NCBI GenBank assembly: GCA_002269645.1
Contig: NIVC01003738.1
Span: 1 to 64,000 of the forward strand
Origin: Macrostomum lignano
Taxonomy: Eukaryota
Direction of reading: 5' to 3'
Length of the DNA stretch: 64,000 bases
Part shown: positions 59,088 through 64,000 of the stretch, one piece after another
Layout of the letters: the number at the start of each line of letters is the position of its first letter
Numbering within the stretch: position 1 is the first letter of the stretch
Program-made: the position numbers and the translations under genes
Notes under the pieces: model-generated
Told to the model about the DNA's origin: nothing
What the model saw: the letters and a program-made list of their open reading frames with translations, nothing else
Database searches by the model: none

Positions 59088-59835
59088 ATCGCACGCACTG
59101 CAGAGCCGTGCCAGACGGCCGTAGACCTGGGCTCGAGTCCGCACTGGCTGGTGGGCCAAACCCGCCACATCGCAGTGACCTCCAGCGCCTGCAGCATCTG
59201 AAATGTGAGCCACAGCTGCCGGCTGCTGCAGGCTGATGGCGCTTCACCCGTGCCGCTCCGCAGAGTTGAAGTACGCTTGCACTGAGACTGGCCAAAGTGC
59301 TCAGAGAAGTGCAGAGCCTCACCTGTCCCAATCTGCACCCTCATTCGCATTGCAGCAGAGCAGCTTCAGCAGCGTTCACCAGCTGCAGGTGAGCAGGTCG
59401 ATGGCTCACCAGAACTGGTCGGTTCGCTGTAGCGTCAACCAGTCAGGTGTGGTGTATGATGAGGCTGAGAGTCTGGAGCAGCTGCGACCGCCGATTTTCT
59501 GTGAGTGCCGGACAGTGCATGAAGCGATTCTGTGAACCTTTGTTTGAATGCGATTTCCAATTTCACTGCAGACCCGGAAAGCATTCAGGTAGATGCCAGC
59601 ATTGAGAGCTCGCTACTGCACCTGGCTGTGGCTGCCTCTGACGCTCGGCCTCCAGTGTCATCTGTTGTCTGCCAGATCGCAAATTTCACTGTGAGTGCTT
59701 GATGCGAGCCCGAAAGAGGGCCGAATAAGCGCGCATGACAGTAGCGTGCAGATGCATCTCTTTGCTACCATCTTTAATATCTTTTCAATGTTAAAATGCT
59801 GTGATGAAAACGTTGCTTGAATTTTTACGAGGTGC

Positions 59836-60241
59836 TGACTAGAGAACCCAGGTGATTGACTAGAGAACCCAGGTGATTGACTAGAGAACCCTGGTGATTG
59901 ACTAGAGAACCCAGGTGATTGACTAGAGAACCCAGGTGATTGTCTAGAGAACCCAGGTGATTGACTAGAGAACCCAGGTGATTGACTAGAGAACCCAGGT
60001 GATTGACTAGAGAACCCAGGTGATTGTCTAGAGAACCCAGGTGATTGACTAGAGAACCCAGGTGATTGACTAGAGAACCCAGGTGATTGACTAGAGAATC
60101 CAGGTGATTGACTAGAGAACCCAGGTGATTGACTAGAGAACCCAGGTGATTGTCTAGAGAACCCAGGTGATCGACTAGAGAACCCAGGTGATTGACTAGA
60201 GAACCCAGGTGATTGACTAGAGAACCCAGGTGATTGACTAG
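59836..60241. repeat. 21-bp tandem repeat, ~19 copies
   Basis: Same unit as 36655. Confidence 0.95.
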
Positions 60242-61730
60242 CGCCCTTCTTACCCAGCCTTATTTAACCTAATACTTTAGACTAGTCTGATTCTAGCAAG
60301 ACTTGAACCGGCCAGGGAGAATTGCATTGACTTGACGGGAAAGCTGTAGCATAGGCCTGTGTCTTATTATTCTAACTTAAAGCCGTAGCTTTCAGATGCG
60401 CACTTGCGCCAGACTCGTGTATTTGAGATGTGCGCTTGCGTCGTGAGCGCCAATGTAATCTGTTGTCGGGGCAATGAGTGCAGGATTGAAGCCAGCCCCT
60501 GTAGGACAATGAGGAGAAATGTGAATCTTGAGCTCGATGTCAACTTGAGCACCGGAATGGAACCAAGCGCTCAGCTGTGGACCAAGCTGACTCATTGGAC
60601 TAAATTCAAAGTCAAATCTCAATAGCTGTCTTCATCCACAGAGTGTTGAGCTGACACCGATGCAACACAGCCACACCTGGCAGGCAAACGGCAGCATTAC
60701 ACCACCAGCGTGTGCATCGCTGAATAACGAATCGAATTTTCTCATCAACTGCACTGCTCAGCAGGACTTCAATGGCTCAACGATTTTTCAAACAAGCGAA
60801 CAGGTCTTTCGAAACTGCCCCTCAAAGGAAACAGGTAACTCATTTTTCCCGACGCTTCATGTAATAACAGCCACTCGCAAATAAAATATCGATAAAATAT
60901 TAAAACAGAAAAATATTGTGTATTCAATGTCAATTCAAATGTCAATTCAAAATGTCAATTCAAAGCTTTATACTTTCCAAAGCTTTTTTCAAAGCTTTTG
61001 GAATTTTTCAAACAAGCGAACAGGTCTTTCGTAACTGCCCCCCAAAGGAAACAGGTAACTCATTTTTACCGACACATAACAGCCAATCGCAAATAAAATG
61101 TCGTTAAAATAGTAAAACAGCAAAATATTATGTATTTACCTTTGTCAATTCAAAGCTCTAGACTTTCCAAAGCTGTAAAATTAAAGTACGATTTCCGACC
61201 GAAGAGTAACCTAAATTTCGCTATAAACTGGTATTGAACACAAAATATTAGTAAACTGCAGCATTTAAAGAAATTGTCCCTGCATTCAACACAGCGTCTC
61301 AATAGCTGGATGCACTTCCAGAGGCCCTCCGTCAGGTCACGTTGTTCTTTATGTCTTCCGGGTCTTCAAATCGGGATCCTTTGAGAGCTATGGGGACCTG
61401 CCAGAAAACGCAGGGGGCATGTCTGGTGAATAAGCTGATGGCTCAGCTCAAGCTGATGCGTTGTCGTGATGCAGCGATTGGGCATTGTTGCTCCCGCCGC
61501 ATCCTCGGCATGAGCCTCTTCTTAAAGTGCTCTTCTTTCGTGATTGATGAGGCCTCGAGAATACAATTCTCGCTAGCGCTGGGAACCTGGCTAAAGCTCT
61601 TTGTTTTACTTTTATTTCAGATGAAGATGGAAGTCTCACTCTATCGGTGTCTCCGGTGTGGGTCTCGGGCATGAAAGTTGAGTCAACGGGTACGGGTTTC
61701 TGCCAGACTCACTTTGCTTAAATGTTAATC

Positions 61731-61733
61731 TAC

Positions 61734-61787
<54 letters not shown>

Positions 61788-61790
61788 ATC

Positions 61791-61824
<34 letters not shown>

Positions 61825-61876
61825 GGTTAGTTAGTTAGTTTGTTTGTTTGTTTGTTTGTTAGTTAGTTTGTTAGTC

Positions 61877-61921
<45 letters not shown>

Positions 61922-62107
61922 GTTTGTTTGTTTGTTTGTTTGTTTGTCAGTCAGTCAATCACCCACTCAAGTCAGTCAGTCAGTCACCCACTCAAGTCAG
62001 TCAGTCAGTCACCCACTCAAGTCAGTCTGTCAGTCACCCACTCAAGTCAGTCAGTCAGTCACCCACTCAAGTCAGTCAGTCAGTCACCCACTCAAGTCAG
62101 TCAGTCA

Positions 62108-62147
<40 letters not shown>

Positions 62148-62272
62148 CCCACTCACTCAAGTCAGTCAGTCAGTCAGTCACCCACTCAAGTCAGTCTGTC
62201 AGTCACCCACTCAAGTCAGTCAGTCAGTCACCCACTCAAGTCAGTCAGTCAGTCACCCACTCAAGTCAGTCA

Positions 62273-62312
<40 letters not shown>

Positions 62313-62353
62313 CCCACTCACTCAAGTCAGTCAGTCAGTCAGTCAGTCAGTCA

Positions 62354-62393
<40 letters not shown>

Positions 62394-62677
62394 CCCACTC
62401 ACTCAAGTCAGTCAGTCAGTCAGTCAGTCAGTCAGTCAGTCAGTCAGTCAGTCGTCAGTCAGTCAGTCACCCACTCACTCAAGTCAGTCAGTCAGTCAGT
62501 CAGTCAGTCACCCACTCACTCAAGTCAGTCAGTCAGTCAGTCAGTCAGTCACCCACTCACTCAAGTCAGTCAGTCAGTCAGTCAGTCAGTCAGTCAGTCA
62601 GTCAGTCAGTCAGTCAGTCAGTCAGTCAGTCAGTCAGTCAGTCAGTCAGTCAGTCAGTCAGTCAGTCAGTCAGTCAG
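61731..62677. repeat. Compound microsatellite (ATCT)n-(AGTT)n-(GTTT)n-(AGTC)n with ACCCACTCA interruptions
   Basis: Direct reading; occupies the position of the R1 TM exon and last intron. Confidence 0.95.
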
Positions 62678-64000
62678 CTGTTCACCTTGCAGAGAGTGTC
62701 CCGGTCCCTATTAGCCGCAGTGGCTGCTCAGCGTAGAGGCGGCGGCGCACTTCGGATGCAGCCGCTGGCAGCCGCGGCCTCCGCGGGCGCCGGCAGCAGC
62801 GCGTACGACTACCCGTCCACGAATGCGACAGCTCAGGGTAGCAGGAGCCACAGCGAGGCCGGAGAGTCCAACAACATACCCAGTGTCTACCTGGTGCTGA
62901 CTCCGTCGAGGAGGTCTCAGCAGCAGCAGCAGCTGGTCAGCAGCTTTGAGCCGAGGCAGCAGAGCTGAGAGATGGCTATCTTTTAAATCGTTTCCAACTC
63001 AAAAACTACAGTCTAAAAAATCTCTACTTGTCAATTTTATAGTTCGACGGGTTATCAGAGGTTGTAGCCGGCGAACGGGGACAAAATTATTTTTATGAGT
63101 CTTTAGTGAAATCGAGTACTTTTCTGCTTCTTTAAAATGATTATTTATAAAAAGTAAATACAATAAAATAAATTATTGCAGAACATTGTCTTTCCTGACA
63201 AATAGAGAAGAAAATAAAAGTCGATCAAGAAAGGAGACAGATTCTATCGCAAAATCAAAGGTGCACAAACTCCAAATTCGGGACTGAAAGCTTATTTAAT
63301 AATTTCAGCTGAAGGTGCGCGTTGAACATTTCGTCTGTTACCCTCTGTCAGTAGCAGGCAGCCCTGATTATGCCAGTGTGGTTTTCGTCTATGATTGTGA
63401 CGTGGTCAGTTTAAGGTGATCCCGAAAAGGGCCGCTGGACTATATTTTCCCTTGTAATTTCTCATATTAATTTCTCCAATAGTTTATTTTAACGTTTACT
63501 TATAGTAGAGCCCAACGATTTTGTGGCAATTTCTAATTCACTGTATATTTTGCTATCCTCTCTTGCGACCGTATAAAATTGGCACGATTGATAATTTTAA
63601 GTTCTCTCGCCAGCCAATGAAAACCACTCGTGCTTCGCGCTACCCCCCTCTGCGCTCCTTTATGAAACCCCCCGCCTGGCGGCGGCACTCCTCACCGCCC
63701 GTCCTTATCTGTGCTTCTCTCTTCCTCCCGGCCTGTCCTCGGCCTTGTTTTCCTTCTCTCTGTCTGGACCAGCCTGTTTGCACTGCCTGCCACTGTCTGC
63801 CACGGCTAACGCCAATCTCACCACTACGCATCTGCCACTGTTGTGCTCATCGCCGTTACTCACCACGTTGCATCGTCTTGCATCACTCGCCTACCACTCA
63901 ACTACAATCTCTAACTCACCTTCAATTCAAAACCATTGTTGCAGCCGCCAGTGCCCCAAAAGCGCAATAAGTTCTATATTGATATTAACCGCATCGAATA

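Larger units (their letters stand above)
56044..62968 (+). pseudogene. R3: receptor paralogue with a nonsense codon in exon 9, a damaged exon-13 acceptor and no TM exon (pseudogene or truncated secreted form)
   Basis: Exon 1 56044-56131, exon 2 56208-56396, homologous exons through 61690. ATC TGA at 59199 (TGG in R1/R2); CCAG acceptor changed to CCGG at ~61360. The TM exon is absent between 61690 and 62693. Confidence 0.75.

Overview
Repeat-rich animal (invertebrate-like) genomic DNA with short GT/GC-AG introns. The host species cannot be determined from the sequence. (1) 1-~13860 is most of an endogenous Polinton/adintovirus-type virus: protein-primed PolB, fibre-like protein with two discoidin-like domains, adenain protease, penton, packaging ATPase, major capsid protein, pX-like core proteins and a parvovirus-type PLA2 fused to the integrase. 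Every lesion I traced in its structural and integrase genes is a 1-2 bp deletion. (2) The rest is a tandem host gene cluster I could not assign to a known family. It has three paralogues of a ~16-exon, ~750-aa single-pass receptor gene (R1 14343-20470, R2 33677-~45288, R3 56044-62968): signal peptide, Cys/N-glycan-rich ectodomain, TM helix, and a tail with an ITIM-consensus SVYLVL. These alternate with two diverged CUB-like/C-type-lectin-like gene fragments (29948-31926, 52486-~53800). I reconstructed the exons by hand and the splice phases close. The paralogues are mosaics with hypervariable patches and independently expanded intronic VNTRs. R2 has one exon hit by two transposons; R3 has a nonsense codon and has lost its TM exon. 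(3) Inserted elements: a deleted Gypsy whose PBS extends into a ~62-nt copy of tRNA-Leu bearing apparent modification footprints, a deleted BEL/Pao, a fold-back piggyBac derivative, an intact piggyBac transposase, tRNA-derived SINEs and several satellites. Most long ORFs in the supplied track over the satellites are artefacts.
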